Source: Candidatus Limnocylindrales bacterium
Lineage (GTDB): Bacteria > Acidobacteriota > Terriglobia > Acidiferrales > UBA7541
Direction of reading: 5' to 3'
Length of the DNA: 63,812 nt
Assembly (NCBI GenBank): GCA_035533415.1
Contig: DATLTU010000014.1
Coordinates: 1 to 63,812, forward strand
The notes below the pieces were generated by a model, which was given only the letters and a program-made list of their open reading frames with translations, did no database searches and was not told where the DNA came from. Shown in pieces: positions 47,736 through 58,035 of the stretch (positions within the stretch are counted from its first letter, which is position 1; the number at the start of each line of letters is the position of its first letter). The translations under genes and the position numbers were made by a program.

Positions 47736-49387
47736 ACTTCCTCGAGCGGATTTTCGTGCGCCTTGAGAAAGCGGGCGACGCGGCGGTACTGCAAGAAATC
47801 CGAGTGCCAGAAATCACCGGCGTCACGGCGAGCGAATTACTGGCGCTGATCGCGAAAGCGCGCGGGTTCGTTGCGGCGGCGGAGCTCAAGAAGGGAGCGC
47901 GGTGCGCGCTGCTCGCTCCGAACAGCATTCGCTGGGCCGCGCTCGATCTAGCGCTGATGGCTGAGGGCGTCATCGTTGTGCCGTTATACGCGCGCCAGGC
48001 CGCCGCGGAACTTGCCGTGATGGTGCGCGACAGCGGCGCGGCGCGAGTCTGCTGCGAAAGCGGGGAGCTGCGGGATGCGCTGCTTCATGCGCTCTCCGAA
48101 GCACCCGCGACTTCGCTCTTCGATGACGTGTTCGCCGCGCCGGCCGTGCCGGCTTCGCCGCCAAAAACGCTGCTCGATTCCGATCCCGTGACGATCATTT
48201 ACACTTCGGGAACTTCCGGCGAGCCGAAAGGCGTTGTGCTGACCGCCGCCAACATCAATCACATGCTCTTGTGTACCACGGCGCGCCTCGACGAATTAAT
48301 GGGGACGCGAAACACGCCGGAACAGGTATTCCACTGGACGCCGTTCAATTTTGCCGCATCGTGGATTTCGCTCTTGAGCTCTCTTTCACGAAATAGCGTG
48401 CTTTCGCTCTCGACGGACCTGACGAAACTTGCCGATGAAATGCGTACAGCGGCGCCGAATTATTTCTTGAATGTGCCGGCGCTGCTCGAACGCGTCCGAA
48501 CGAAGATCGAAGAGCAAATTCGCGGCCGCGGCGGATGGATCGCGGCGATGTTCCAGCGGGCGAGATCCGCTCACCTGCGGCGCGGAACCAACGAAGCAAA
48601 TCTCAGCGACGACATCTGGTTGGCGTTCGCGAATGCGCTGATCTTTCCGGCGATGCGCAAGGGAATCGGGCCGCGGTTGAATGCGCTGATTTGCGGGTCA
48701 GCACCGCTTTCCGTTGAGACACAGAAATTTTTCATGATGCTGGGCATTCCCGTTCTGCAAGCCTACGGCTTGACTGAAACGACGGCAATTTGCACGATGG
48801 ACGATCCGGCGTTCGTTGAGCCGGGTTACGTCGGTCCGGCAATCCCGGGAATCGAAATGAAGATTGGCGAAAACGAGGAAATCCTTGTGCGCGGGCCGAA
48901 TATCTTTTCGGGTTACTGGAACCGGCCGCAAGAAACAGCGGCGGCGCTTCGCGATGGCTGGTTTCATACCGGCGACCGTGGCGAAGTGAACGCGCGCGGC
49001 CACTGGAAAATCACGGGCCGAATTAAGAATTTGATTATTCTGAACTCCGGGCACAATATCGCGCCTGAGCCCATGGAAGATGAGCTGGCCAGCCTGCTGC
49101 CGCAAGCGCAGCAAGTGGCGCTGGTGGGCAACACGCGCAGCTATTTGGCGGCGATCGTGACCACCACGGCAAATTCCGGCCTAAGTGAGGCAGATGTTTC
49201 AGCGGCCATCGACAAAATGAATTCACATTTGCCGCATTACAAGCAAATTCGCGTCTTCCATCTTGAACGCCAGCCCTTCACAATCGAGAACGGATTGCTG
49301 ACGGCGATGGGCAAATTGAAGCGCGAAGCAATCACTGCGCACATGAAGAGCCAGATCGAAGAGCTCTATCGGAAACGGAACGCATGA
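47732..49387 (+). CDS. AMP-dependent long-chain acyl-CoA synthetase/ligase
   Basis: ATGA overlap at 47732-47735. Motifs: 'IIYTSGTSGEPKGVVLT', 'YGLTETT', 'GWFHTGDRG', 'GKLKR'. Confidence 0.85.
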   Translation: MNFLERIFVRLEKAGDAAVLQEIRVPEITGVTASELLALIAKARGFVAAAELKKGARCALLAPNSIRWAALDLALMAEGVIVVPLYARQAAAELAVMVRDSGAARVCCESGELRDALLHALSEAPATSLFDDVFAAPAVPASPPKTLLDSDPVTIIYTSGTSGEPKGVVLTAANINHMLLCTTARLDELMGTRNTPEQVFHWTPFNFAASWISLLSSLSRNSVLSLSTDLTKLADEMRTAAPNYFLNVPALLERVRTKIEEQIRGRGGWIAAMFQRARSAHLRRGTNEANLSDDIWLAFANALIFPAMRKGIGPRLNALICGSAPLSVETQKFFMMLGIPVLQAYGLTETTAICTMDDPAFVEPGYVGPAIPGIEMKIGENEEILVRGPNIFSGYWNRPQETAAALRDGWFHTGDRGEVNARGHWKITGRIKNLIILNSGHNIAPEPMEDELASLLPQAQQVALVGNTRSYLAAIVTTTANSGLSEADVSAAIDKMNSHLPHYKQIRVFHLERQPFTIENGLLTAMGKLKREAITAHMKSQIEELYRKRNA

Positions 49388-50187
49388 AGAGTGTCAAGGG
49401 CCAAACACTTTCCTGGGAATGCACGAACGCGGTGATTGAGCTGAAGCTGCATCGCGAGCCGTGCAACGAAATTGGGCTGGCGACGCTCGAGGAGCTCGAG
49501 AGCTTTGCGAGAGCTTTCGAATCCGAAGGCAAAGCCGCGGCCGCGTTGATTATTTACAGCAGCCTGCCCGCCGGATTCAGCGCGGGCGCTGATCTTCGCG
49601 AACTCCATCGCCGTTCGCAGCCGCTGCCCGCCGACGAAAGAATCGCCGGCGTCCGCGATTTTTTGCAGCGCATTCACGGGGTGCTCAATACAATTGACGC
49701 CGCGCCAGTGACGACGGTTGCGGCAGTGCATGGCGTCACGTTTGGCGGGGGCTTCGAGCTGGCGCTGGCGTGCGATTTGATCATCGCCGACAAAATGGCG
49801 CGCTTCTGCTTCCCGGAGCTGCGCCTCGGATTGATTCCCGGATTCGGCGGAATTCCGCGGCTGAAGCGCGACCTCGGCAATGGAGTGGTGCGCGACCTGT
49901 TGCTGACTGGCCGGAGCTTCGGCGCGGCGAAGGCGCAAACGATTGGACTTGTCAGCCAGGTGACTGCTGAAGGCGAGGCGTTGCGCGCGGCTCGGGCGAC
50001 CGCCGCGCAAATTCACAAATTCGACCGCGACACGGCGGTTGCCGCGAAACGTTTCATCAAGCCGGTTCCGTATGAAGACCTCCGACGTGAAATTGAGCTT
50101 TTCTGCGAGCTTTTCAACCGTCCCGCCGTGGAAGAGAGCTTGCGGAAATTCGTGGAAAGCAAGGATACAATGCCGTACTTGCCGTGA
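49384..50187 (+). CDS. Enoyl-CoA hydratase/isomerase (crotonase) family
   Basis: ATGA overlap. Motifs: 'FSAGADLRE', 'VHGVTFGGGFELALACDLIIA', 'PELRLGLIPGFGG'. Confidence 0.85.
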   Translation: MKSVKGQTLSWECTNAVIELKLHREPCNEIGLATLEELESFARAFESEGKAAAALIIYSSLPAGFSAGADLRELHRRSQPLPADERIAGVRDFLQRIHGVLNTIDAAPVTTVAAVHGVTFGGGFELALACDLIIADKMARFCFPELRLGLIPGFGGIPRLKRDLGNGVVRDLLLTGRSFGAAKAQTIGLVSQVTAEGEALRAARATAAQIHKFDRDTAVAAKRFIKPVPYEDLRREIELFCELFNRPAVEESLRKFVESKDTMPYLP

Positions 50188-50353
50188 TCGTTGGTTTCGG
50201 ATTCCCAACTTAGCGGCGGCGCGCGCAAATCGACGCGCTCACGCGCTGGGACGGCTGGCTTCATCAATGCCTGAAGTAAAAAGAAGCCGCGCGATATAAT
50301 GCGGAGGAGCGGCGCCCATTGCGCCGCACTGCATTGCGTTACAAAAGGGGCCT

Positions 50354-50596
50354 ATGCCATCGCTTGACGAAGTCACGGAGGAAGTTCTGCGGCTGGCGGC
50401 GAGCCATTCGAAGGTTCCGCGCGCGCAGCTTTCTCCCGACGATGATTTTTTTAAAATGCTGGGCATCGACAGCTTGCAGGCGCTCGATTTGCTGACACGA
50501 ATCGAGAATCATTTCAAGATTGAGCTGCCGGACTATGAACTCCAGGGCGTGAGCGATTTCCGCACGCTGGCCGCGCGCATCCAAGCGCGTTTGTGA
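50354..50596 (+). CDS. Acyl carrier protein
   Basis: 80 aa. '[16 protein letters not shown]' is the phosphopantetheine Ser motif. Confidence 0.8.
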   Translation: MPSLDEVTEEVLRLAASHSKVPRAQLSPDDDFFKMLGIDSLQALDLLTRIENHFKIELPDYELQGVSDFRTLAARIQARL

Positions 50597-52305
50597 TGCT
50601 GGATCTCCGCAAATATCCCTCGCTGGGCGCAGCCTTGCGCGCCGCGCTCGACCGCTGGCCCGATGACGTGTGCCTGATTGAGGCGGACCGCGAACGCGAG
50701 AATTGCCGCCTTACCTACCGGCAGTTCAAGGAGGCGGCGCTGCCGCTGGCGCGCGCACTGCAAGATTCGGGCTTCACCGCCGGGTCTCGCGCCGCGATCA
50801 TCATGACGAATCAGTGGAAGTGGTTGATTTCCGCCTACGCAATTCTTTATTGCGGCGGCGTGCTTGTGCCGCTCGATTACAAGCTGACCGCGCCTGAGCA
50901 TTTGCAGCTCCTCGCGCATTCCAAGGCCGATATTCTCATTGCCGAATATCATTTGTGGCGGCCCATCACACAAAGTGAAGGTTTTGCGAAGTCAGGGTTG
51001 AAAACAGCCATTGTCACCGAAGTGCCCGCCAACGCGGAGTTGCACGGCGCGAAGCGCTGGGAAGAGTTCCGCAAGACCGGCGATCCGGTATTTGTCGAGC
51101 GCGCACGAAACGACTGGGCGTCCATCGTTTATTCCTCGGGTACCGGCGGACGGCCCAAAGGTTGCGTGATGACGCACGGGAATTATCTGGAGCAGTGCGG
51201 TGCGCTCACATCGCTTTTCCCCTTCTGGCCCGGCGTGCGTTACCTGAGCATTCTTCCGACAAATCACGCGATCGATTTCATGATCGGCTTCATTGGGCCA
51301 TTTGTTTGCGGCGCCACCGTTGTGCATTTGCGGACGCTGCGTCCCGAATTCATCCGCGACGCGTTCACGCGCTACCACATCACGTATGTAACGCTTGTGC
51401 CCATGATTTTGAAAAGCCTCGAACGAGCCATGCGCCTGCGATTCGACGCACTGCCGGCGCCGCGCCGCCGCATGCTTGGCCGGCTCATCGCTTTGAATCG
51501 TGCATGCACCCGCCGCAGGCCGCATCTTCGGCTGAGTCGGTTGCTATTGGCGAATGTCCATCAAGCGTTCGGCGGACAATTAAGAGCTATTTTTGTTGGC
51601 GGCGCGTTTACCGAGCCCGCGACGCTCCAGTTTTTTTACGACCTCGGCATTCCAGTGGGGAACGGCTACGGACTGACGGAAGCCGGCACGGTGATCACGC
51701 TAAATGATTTCAAGCCGTTTCGCTCGGACACGGTCGGGAAGCCGCTGCCGGGGACGGAAGTGCGCATTATGAATCCTGATGCGGAAGGCGTGGGAGAAGT
51801 GGCCGCACGCAGCAAGACCATAATGTCGCACTACCTCGACGATTCGGAGATGACCGCCGCGACGATTGTGGATGGCTGGCTGATGACCGGTGATCTGGGC
51901 CGGATCGACGCGATGGGACATCTGCAGCTTTTCGGTCGCAGAAAAAACATGATCGTCACCGCGGGCGGAAAAAATATTTATCCCGAAGATATCGAGCGTG
52001 CGTTCGAGGGAATTTCCGTGAAGGAATTCTGCATCTTCGCGGCAAATTACGTCTGGCCGCAGCGCACGATGACTGGCGAGCAACTGGTTCTGGTGATGCG
52101 TTTCGACGACGCCGCGCAATTCGCCGATGTGCTGCGCTCACAAGTCGCCGAGCGGAATCGCCTCTTGCCGGATTTCAAGCGCGTCAGCGGTATGTTGGTT
52201 TGGAGGCGCGATTTTCCGCGCACGGCTTCGCTGAAAATCAAGCGCGACGTTTTGGCGGAAGAGATTCGTGGCTCCATGGATCGTTCCGCGATGGTTTCCG
52301 TGTAA
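50593..52305 (+). CDS. AMP-dependent acyl ligase (candidate acyl-ACP loading enzyme / FAAL-like)
   Basis: Its start overlaps the ACP stop (GTGATG). Motifs: '[18 protein letters not shown]', 'YGLTEAG', 'GWLMTGDLG', 'LKIKR'. Confidence 0.8.
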   Translation: MMLDLRKYPSLGAALRAALDRWPDDVCLIEADRERENCRLTYRQFKEAALPLARALQDSGFTAGSRAAIIMTNQWKWLISAYAILYCGGVLVPLDYKLTAPEHLQLLAHSKADILIAEYHLWRPITQSEGFAKSGLKTAIVTEVPANAELHGAKRWEEFRKTGDPVFVERARNDWASIVYSSGTGGRPKGCVMTHGNYLEQCGALTSLFPFWPGVRYLSILPTNHAIDFMIGFIGPFVCGATVVHLRTLRPEFIRDAFTRYHITYVTLVPMILKSLERAMRLRFDALPAPRRRMLGRLIALNRACTRRRPHLRLSRLLLANVHQAFGGQLRAIFVGGAFTEPATLQFFYDLGIPVGNGYGLTEAGTVITLNDFKPFRSDTVGKPLPGTEVRIMNPDAEGVGEVAARSKTIMSHYLDDSEMTAATIVDGWLMTGDLGRIDAMGHLQLFGRRKNMIVTAGGKNIYPEDIERAFEGISVKEFCIFAANYVWPQRTMTGEQLVLVMRFDDAAQFADVLRSQVAERNRLLPDFKRVSGMLVWRRDFPRTASLKIKRDVLAEEIRGSMDRSAMVSV

Positions 52306-52315
52306 GGGAGTTTGC

Positions 52316-53236
52316 GTGAAGACCGGTTTTCTCGCGATTGTGAATCCTGCGGCGGGCGGCGGGCGCTGCGAAAAGCTCGCACCCGCGGCGCTCGATCGCG
52401 TACGGTCCGCGGGCGTTGCAATCGATGTTGCGGAGACTCACGCCGCAGGCCATGCGGTGGAGCTGGTGCGCGAGGCGCAAAAGCTGGGCTATCGAAATTT
52501 TCTCGCCGTTGGCGGCGACGGCACATCGTACGAAATCGTGAACGGCATTTTCCCTTTGCCCAGCGACGGCGCGGGCGACCGCCGCACGCTTGCCTTTTTA
52601 CCTTTGGGAACCGGGAATTCCTTTCTGCGCGATTTTCGCGATCATCGCCAGGCGGAGGATGTCGGCACTGTGGCAAACGCTATCGTGAACGGCAAGCGCA
52701 GCCCGTGCGATGTCATTCGCCTGAAACATGCCGAGGGCGAACTGCATTACATCAATTTACTGACGCTGGGTTTTGCCGCGGATGTAGCGGACATCACGAA
52801 TCGCCACTTCAAGCGCTGGGGCGAGCTCGGCTACATTCTAGGCGTACTGACGTGCCTCGCGCGCCTGGACCGCCGCGCGTTTCCATTGCGCGCTGATGGC
52901 GCCGCGGAATTCGACCGGCGTCGCTGCTTGTTTCTTGCCTTCAACAACAGCAAATTCACGGGCGGCAAAATGATGATCGCTCCCAACGCCGATTCGAGCG
53001 ACGGTTTGATTGAATATGTTCGCTGGGGGCCGATTGGACGCATCGGATTGCTTTGCAATCTTCACACGCTTTTTGACGGAACGCACATCGAGCATCCGCT
53101 TGCTTCGCGGGCGGCGGTACGCGAAATTGAATTTTCACTTGATGCGCCAGTGACGGTGATGATCGACGGCGAAAGTCTGCACCTGCAATGCGAGCATCTG
53201 GACGTGCTTCCGGGCGCACTGGACATTCTGGCATGA
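52316..53236 (+). CDS. Diacylglycerol-kinase-like lipid kinase (DAGK_cat / YegS family)
   Basis: GTG 52316 has AAGGGAG 6 nt upstream. Motifs: 'FLAIVNPAAGGGR', 'LAVGGDGTSYEIVNG'. Confidence 0.8.
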   Translation: MKTGFLAIVNPAAGGGRCEKLAPAALDRVRSAGVAIDVAETHAAGHAVELVREAQKLGYRNFLAVGGDGTSYEIVNGIFPLPSDGAGDRRTLAFLPLGTGNSFLRDFRDHRQAEDVGTVANAIVNGKRSPCDVIRLKHAEGELHYINLLTLGFAADVADITNRHFKRWGELGYILGVLTCLARLDRRAFPLRADGAAEFDRRRCLFLAFNNSKFTGGKMMIAPNADSSDGLIEYVRWGPIGRIGLLCNLHTLFDGTHIEHPLASRAAVREIEFSLDAPVTVMIDGESLHLQCEHLDVLPGALDILA

Positions 53237-53991
53237 AATCCGTTTACCTGAAAGTGCGCGCTGCCTTACTGTGGGCCGTGAGCGGCCTGCATTTTTTCGT
53301 GCTGTGCTCGCTGCTCGTCGCGCTGGGAATGGTGATCGATCCGCGGAAGAACGACCGCCCGCAGCGCATTTTCTTTCGCAACATTCTGCGGCTTGCCGGA
53401 GTGAAATTCGAAGTGCGCCGCTCGCCGGGTTTTGATCCCGCGCGCACCAGCCTGTTTGTGTGCAACCACGTAAACCTTTTTGACCCGTTCGTCATCTACT
53501 CCGCGATTCCGCAATTCGTGCGCGGCTTTGAGCTGGCGTCGCATTTCAAAATTCCTGCCTACGGATGGATGATGGGGCGCTTTGGAAACGTGCCTGTGCC
53601 CGGCGAAGACGATCGCAGCCGCGCCAGCCTGGAGGAAATGGTGCGCCGGGCGAAGCAGTCGTTCGATTCAGGAACGAGTCTGATCGCGTTCGCGGAAGGC
53701 TCGCGGACGCGCGACGGGCGCATGAAACCTTTTCAGAAAGGGGTCTTCCGGCTGGCGATCAAGTTCGGCGTGCCGATCGTGCCGATGAGCATCGTCGGCT
53801 CTTATGATTTTCATCGCACGGGCGACTGGATGCTCTATCCCGGGAAAATTACCGTCTATTTACACGACACGATTGAGACGATGGGGATGCCGAAGGAACA
53901 GGTGGAAGAGTTGAGGGATCGCGTCCACGCCATTGTTTCGGCGCCACTCGACGAGCACGTCGCGCGTCCGGCCGGAACAAAAAACGGCTAG
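53233..53991 (+). CDS. plsC: 1-acyl-sn-glycerol-3-phosphate acyltransferase family (PlsC/AGPAT)
   Basis: ATGA overlap. Motifs: 'CNHVNLFD' (HxxxxD), 'FAEGSRT', 'VPIVPMS'. Confidence 0.85.
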   Translation: MKSVYLKVRAALLWAVSGLHFFVLCSLLVALGMVIDPRKNDRPQRIFFRNILRLAGVKFEVRRSPGFDPARTSLFVCNHVNLFDPFVIYSAIPQFVRGFELASHFKIPAYGWMMGRFGNVPVPGEDDRSRASLEEMVRRAKQSFDSGTSLIAFAEGSRTRDGRMKPFQKGVFRLAIKFGVPIVPMSIVGSYDFHRTGDWMLYPGKITVYLHDTIETMGMPKEQVEELRDRVHAIVSAPLDEHVARPAGTKNG

Positions 53992-54629
53992 AACGATTCG
54001 CGGCTGCCGGGGATCAATCGCCCGGCGCGAATTTCCTGCCAAGTGTAAACCACGCGATGGATTACCGTCAGCGTCGACAGCGTGGCAATCACCCACAGCA
54101 CGGGTGCCATGCGCCGAAACGCGCCGCCCAGAATCAGCAAGACCAGCCGCTCGGGCCGTTCCAAAAAACCGACTTTGCACAAAGGGATCAGCGACTCGGC
54201 GCGCGCGCGCGCGTAGCTGACCATAAACGAACTGGCCATGGCGACCGCCGCAAGCCCCATGTAAAAAGGCCGGCCGATCAGCGTGTAATAAACAACCAGC
54301 CCCATATACAGGCCAAGATCGGAATAGCGGTCAAGCGTGGAATCGAGGAACGCGCCAAACGCGGTCACGCGGCCTGCGCGCCGCGCCACCTGGCCATCGG
54401 CCATATCGAGAAAACCGGCCAGGAAAAGCACCGCAGCCGCGCCGCGAAATTCGCCATACGCAAATAGCACCGCAGCCCAGACGTTCACCACCATGCCAAT
54501 CACGGTCAGCACGTTGGGCGTGATGCGTGTTGCGGCCAGGGCGCTGACGACATGGCGAAGCAGCCAGCCACCCCCGGAGCCAATCCAATGCGTGGCCGGC
54601 TTCCAAATAGGTTCTTTAGCGTTTGCCAT
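53988..54629 (-). CDS. CDP-alcohol phosphatidyltransferase family protein
   Basis: 'FLDMADGQVARRAGRVTAFGAFLDSTLDRYSD' is D-x2-DG-x2-AR-x8-G-x3-D-x3-D. It is convergent with plsC, with a 4-nt overlap. Start trimmed to MANAKEP. Confidence 0.85.
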   Translation of the reverse strand: MANAKEPIWKPATHWIGSGGGWLLRHVVSALAATRITPNVLTVIGMVVNVWAAVLFAYGEFRGAAAVLFLAGFLDMADGQVARRAGRVTAFGAFLDSTLDRYSDLGLYMGLVVYYTLIGRPFYMGLAAVAMASSFMVSYARARAESLIPLCKVGFLERPERLVLLILGGAFRRMAPVLWVIATLSTLTVIHRVVYTWQEIRAGRLIPGSRESF

Positions 54630-54759
54630 CTGGTTCGAAATGATACGACAGGCGCGGCGCTGCCTCAAGGAGTGGAGGAAAATTGTCCGAAGAAAAAGAG
54701 CCGCGCAACGAAGAAGAGATTTGCGCGGCCCTTGGCTGCCGAATCAAATGCTGCGTGAA

Positions 54760-57700
54760 CTATTTTGAAGCACTTTCGCCAGCGTCTCCGCTTGGTGAAG
54801 ATACGGAGATCGCCGGAACATCCTCGCTGCGAACCTTTTTATTGAAATCGGCGAGGTCTTTGTCTTTGAGCTGCCGATACGTTGCCAGTTGCGTGTCGAG
54901 CTGCTTGCTTAACAGATCAAATACGACACGTGACGACTGCGTTGGCGCCGTGTCTGCGCTTTCCACCGTTCCATCGAGAGCCATCAACTGATCCGCGATC
55001 ATGATCGGGAAATTGAGCGGGTCCTCGCCGCTCTTCGACTTGACCTGAATCAGCGCGTCCTCGACGGCCGTAAATTTCTTGTCAAGATCCTTCGCCTCAT
55101 CGGCCGTGGCCTTCGATTTCGGATTTCCGGCAAGCCGCTTTTCGAGCGCGGTGAGTTGTCCATGAATCTCGCGAATCTGATTCACCGTGTCATGGGCCTG
55201 CGTGATGCGGTCGCGAATTTGCAGGCTGAAATCAAGCTGCTTCTGTAAATCCGCAGCGGAGACTTGAATGCGCGGATCTTCGTCGAGTTTCAACGGCTCC
55301 GTGTAGCTTGTTCCCGCCACGGTCAACTTCACCTGATAGTTTCCCGGGACAGCGAGCGGGCCAACGGGCCTTCCTCCCCAAGAAACAGCTCCCGGCACGA
55401 TGCTGGGCGGCGCATACCGCAAATCCCATGCGAACCGGTTCAGTCCCGCCTTCGCGGGCAGCTTTGCCGGTTCGCCGCCGAAGAATGAAAACCCGCCCGG
55501 CCGTGCAGCGGCCTTCTTCTTGCTGGAATATTTCCGGATTACTTTCCCCTTGGCATCCAAAATCTCGAGGGTGATGGGATCTTTCGGCGCAGTGCTCAGC
55601 GAATAATCGATCACGGCTCCCGAAGGCGGATTTTCACCGGCCGCGAAGCCGGGAGGAATCCGGAAATGTCCGCCGCCGAAACGATATGCTGTTTCGGGCT
55701 TGAACAAATACGCGGCGGCGCTGGTATCGGTTGAATTCATCTGACGCAGCGGCGTGATGTCGTCGAGGCTCCAGAACGCGCGGCCATGCGTGGCGACGAT
55801 CAAATCGTTTCCGTGAATGGTCATGTCGTGAACGGGCACGGTCGGCAAATTCAACTGGAGCGATTGCCATTGCGCGCCGTCGTCGAATGAAACATAAATT
55901 CCGGTTTCCGTGCCGGCGAAGAGCAAGCCTTTGCGCTTAATATCCTCGCGAATCACATGGGTGAAGACGTTATCCGGAAGCCCGTTGGTGATTTTCGTCC
56001 ACGTCTTGCCATAGTCGTTTGTCTTGTAAAGATAAGGATGGTAATCATCCCAGCGGCTGCGATCGGCCGCGAGATATGCCGTGCCCGCAGCGTGCGGTGA
56101 AGGCTCGATGGTGTCGATGCGGCTCCAGCCGGGCAGATTCTTTGGAGTCACGTCGGACCACGACTTCCCGCCGTTGCGTGTCAGGTGAACCAGCCCATCG
56201 TCGCTTCCGACCCAGATCAATCCGCGCGCGAGCGGAGATTCCGCGACGGCGAAAATCGTGTCGTAATATTCGACGCTGGTGTTGTCCTGCGTGATCGGGC
56301 CGCCCGAGGAAACTTGTTTGCTTTTGTCGTTGCGCGTCAGGTCCGGACTGATGACCGTCCAATTCTGGCCCTGGTCGGTACTTTTGAAGAGCACCTGCGC
56401 GCCATGATAAATCGTGTTCGAATCGAATGGCGACATCATGATCGGAGCGGTCCACTGGAAGCGGTATTTCAGGGTCGCCGGGGCCCATCCCATGGGATTA
56501 AGCGGCCACGCGCTGATGTCCTGCTCCTGGCCGTCGGCCTTGTCGTAACGCGTGATCAGGCCATCGTACGAACCGGCGTAAACGATATTTGGATTTTTGG
56601 GATTGGGCACCACGAAGCCGCTTTCGCCGCCGCCCACGTCATACCAATCCTTGTCGATGATGGCGCCAGAGTCGCTGCGGCTGGCAATGGCGACGGTGGA
56701 ATTGTCCTGTTGTGCGCCATAGATGTAGTAATTGAATCGGTCATCCGTCGCGACATGATAAAACTCGGCAGTCGGCTGATTATTCTCCGTACTCCAGGTT
56801 CGTCCGTTATCTTCCGAAATCGTCGCGCCGCCGTCATCGGCTTCGATCATACGAGACGTATCCGTGGGATCGATCCACAGGTCGTGACGATCGCCATGCG
56901 GCGCGGGGATGGTTTGGAATGTCTTGCCGCCATCGGTCGAGCGGTACATTCCCGTATTCAAAATATAGAGCGTGTCGGTGTTCTTGGGATCCGTGTAAAT
57001 GTTCGTGAAGTACCAGGCGCGCTGGCGGAAGCGATGATCGCCCGTGACGAAATGCCACGAGGCGCCCGCATCGTCTGAGCGGTAGAGCCCGCCCTTTTTG
57101 GCTTCGATCAACGCGTACACGCGCTCCTGGTCCGCGCCCACGGCGATTCCGATGCGTCCAAGCACTCCGTCCGGCAGCCCGTGGCCTTTGAGTTGTTTCC
57201 ACGTCGTGCCGCCGTCCACGGATTTATAAATGCCGCTGCCGGGTCCGCCGCTCGTGAAACCCCACGGCGTGCGCAGCTCCTGATACATGGCGGCGTAGAG
57301 CACATGCGAATTTTGCACTGCGAATGTCAGGTCGACCGCGCCTGTCTTGTCGTCCTTGTAAAGAACTTTCTGCCACGTCTTACCGGCATCCGTCGAACGG
57401 AACACGCCACGCTCGGCATTGGGTCCGCAAGCGTGGCCGATCGCCGCCACGAAAATAATATTGGGATCGTGCGGGTCGATCAGAATTTTGGCGATGTGGC
57501 GCGTATCATCCAGGCCGATATGCGTCCACGTCGCTCCGCCATCGACGGACTTGTACATGCCGTCGCCGTAGGAGATATCGCCTCGGAGCGCTTCTTCGCC
57601 GGTGCCGACGTAAATTACGTTCGGGTCTTGCGGGTCCACGGCAATCGCGCCGATGGAGGAAACCGCCTGGTGCTGGAAGAGCGGCTTCCACGTCAAGCCG

Positions 57701-57942
57701 GCGTCAGTTGTCTTCCACACTCCGCCAGCTACGGCTCCGAAGTAAAAGACACTGGGATTGCCGGCAACGCCCGCGACCGCTTCCGCGCGGCCCCCGCGGA
57801 ACGGACCCACCAGCCGCCACTTCATTCCCGCCAGCGAATCCTTGCCAAGCGTTTGCGCCGCGGCCGGCACGTCCGCCGCGAGTGCGCAAATCAGAAGAGC
57901 CGCCAATGAAATGAACAGACGAACACGAGACGCTACACGCAT
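54760..57942 (-). CDS. Secreted BNR/Asp-box repeat, sortilin/VPS10-like double beta-propeller protein
   Basis: Start trimmed to MRVASRV (AGGAGG 8 nt upstream), with a signal peptide. There are at least 11 Asp-boxes (TTDAGLTW, SVDGGATW, STDAGKTW, SVDGGTTW, SDDAGASW, STDGGKTF, SEDNGRTW, STDQGQNW, TRNGGKSW, TNDYGKTW, SFDDGAQW) and a helical C-terminal ~250 aa. Confidence 0.75.
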   Translation of the reverse strand: MRVASRVRLFISLAALLICALAADVPAAAQTLGKDSLAGMKWRLVGPFRGGRAEAVAGVAGNPSVFYFGAVAGGVWKTTDAGLTWKPLFQHQAVSSIGAIAVDPQDPNVIYVGTGEEALRGDISYGDGMYKSVDGGATWTHIGLDDTRHIAKILIDPHDPNIIFVAAIGHACGPNAERGVFRSTDAGKTWQKVLYKDDKTGAVDLTFAVQNSHVLYAAMYQELRTPWGFTSGGPGSGIYKSVDGGTTWKQLKGHGLPDGVLGRIGIAVGADQERVYALIEAKKGGLYRSDDAGASWHFVTGDHRFRQRAWYFTNIYTDPKNTDTLYILNTGMYRSTDGGKTFQTIPAPHGDRHDLWIDPTDTSRMIEADDGGATISEDNGRTWSTENNQPTAEFYHVATDDRFNYYIYGAQQDNSTVAIASRSDSGAIIDKDWYDVGGGESGFVVPNPKNPNIVYAGSYDGLITRYDKADGQEQDISAWPLNPMGWAPATLKYRFQWTAPIMMSPFDSNTIYHGAQVLFKSTDQGQNWTVISPDLTRNDKSKQVSSGGPITQDNTSVEYYDTIFAVAESPLARGLIWVGSDDGLVHLTRNGGKSWSDVTPKNLPGWSRIDTIEPSPHAAGTAYLAADRSRWDDYHPYLYKTNDYGKTWTKITNGLPDNVFTHVIREDIKRKGLLFAGTETGIYVSFDDGAQWQSLQLNLPTVPVHDMTIHGNDLIVATHGRAFWSLDDITPLRQMNSTDTSAAAYLFKPETAYRFGGGHFRIPPGFAAGENPPSGAVIDYSLSTAPKDPITLEILDAKGKVIRKYSSKKKAAARPGGFSFFGGEPAKLPAKAGLNRFAWDLRYAPPSIVPGAVSWGGRPVGPLAVPGNYQVKLTVAGTSYTEPLKLDEDPRIQVSAADLQKQLDFSLQIRDRITQAHDTVNQIREIHGQLTALEKRLAGNPKSKATADEAKDLDKKFTAVEDALIQVKSKSGEDPLNFPIMIADQLMALDGTVESADTAPTQSSRVVFDLLSKQLDTQLATYRQLKDKDLADFNKKVRSEDVPAISVSSPSGDAGESASK

Positions 57943-58035
57943 TTGATTCCTCCTGTGCGAAAGAAGCGGAGCCGCACGAAAAAGCTCCGGCGAAAAAATA
58001 AATTCATGGCTGGCTCGCACGTAAGCGCGACAATC

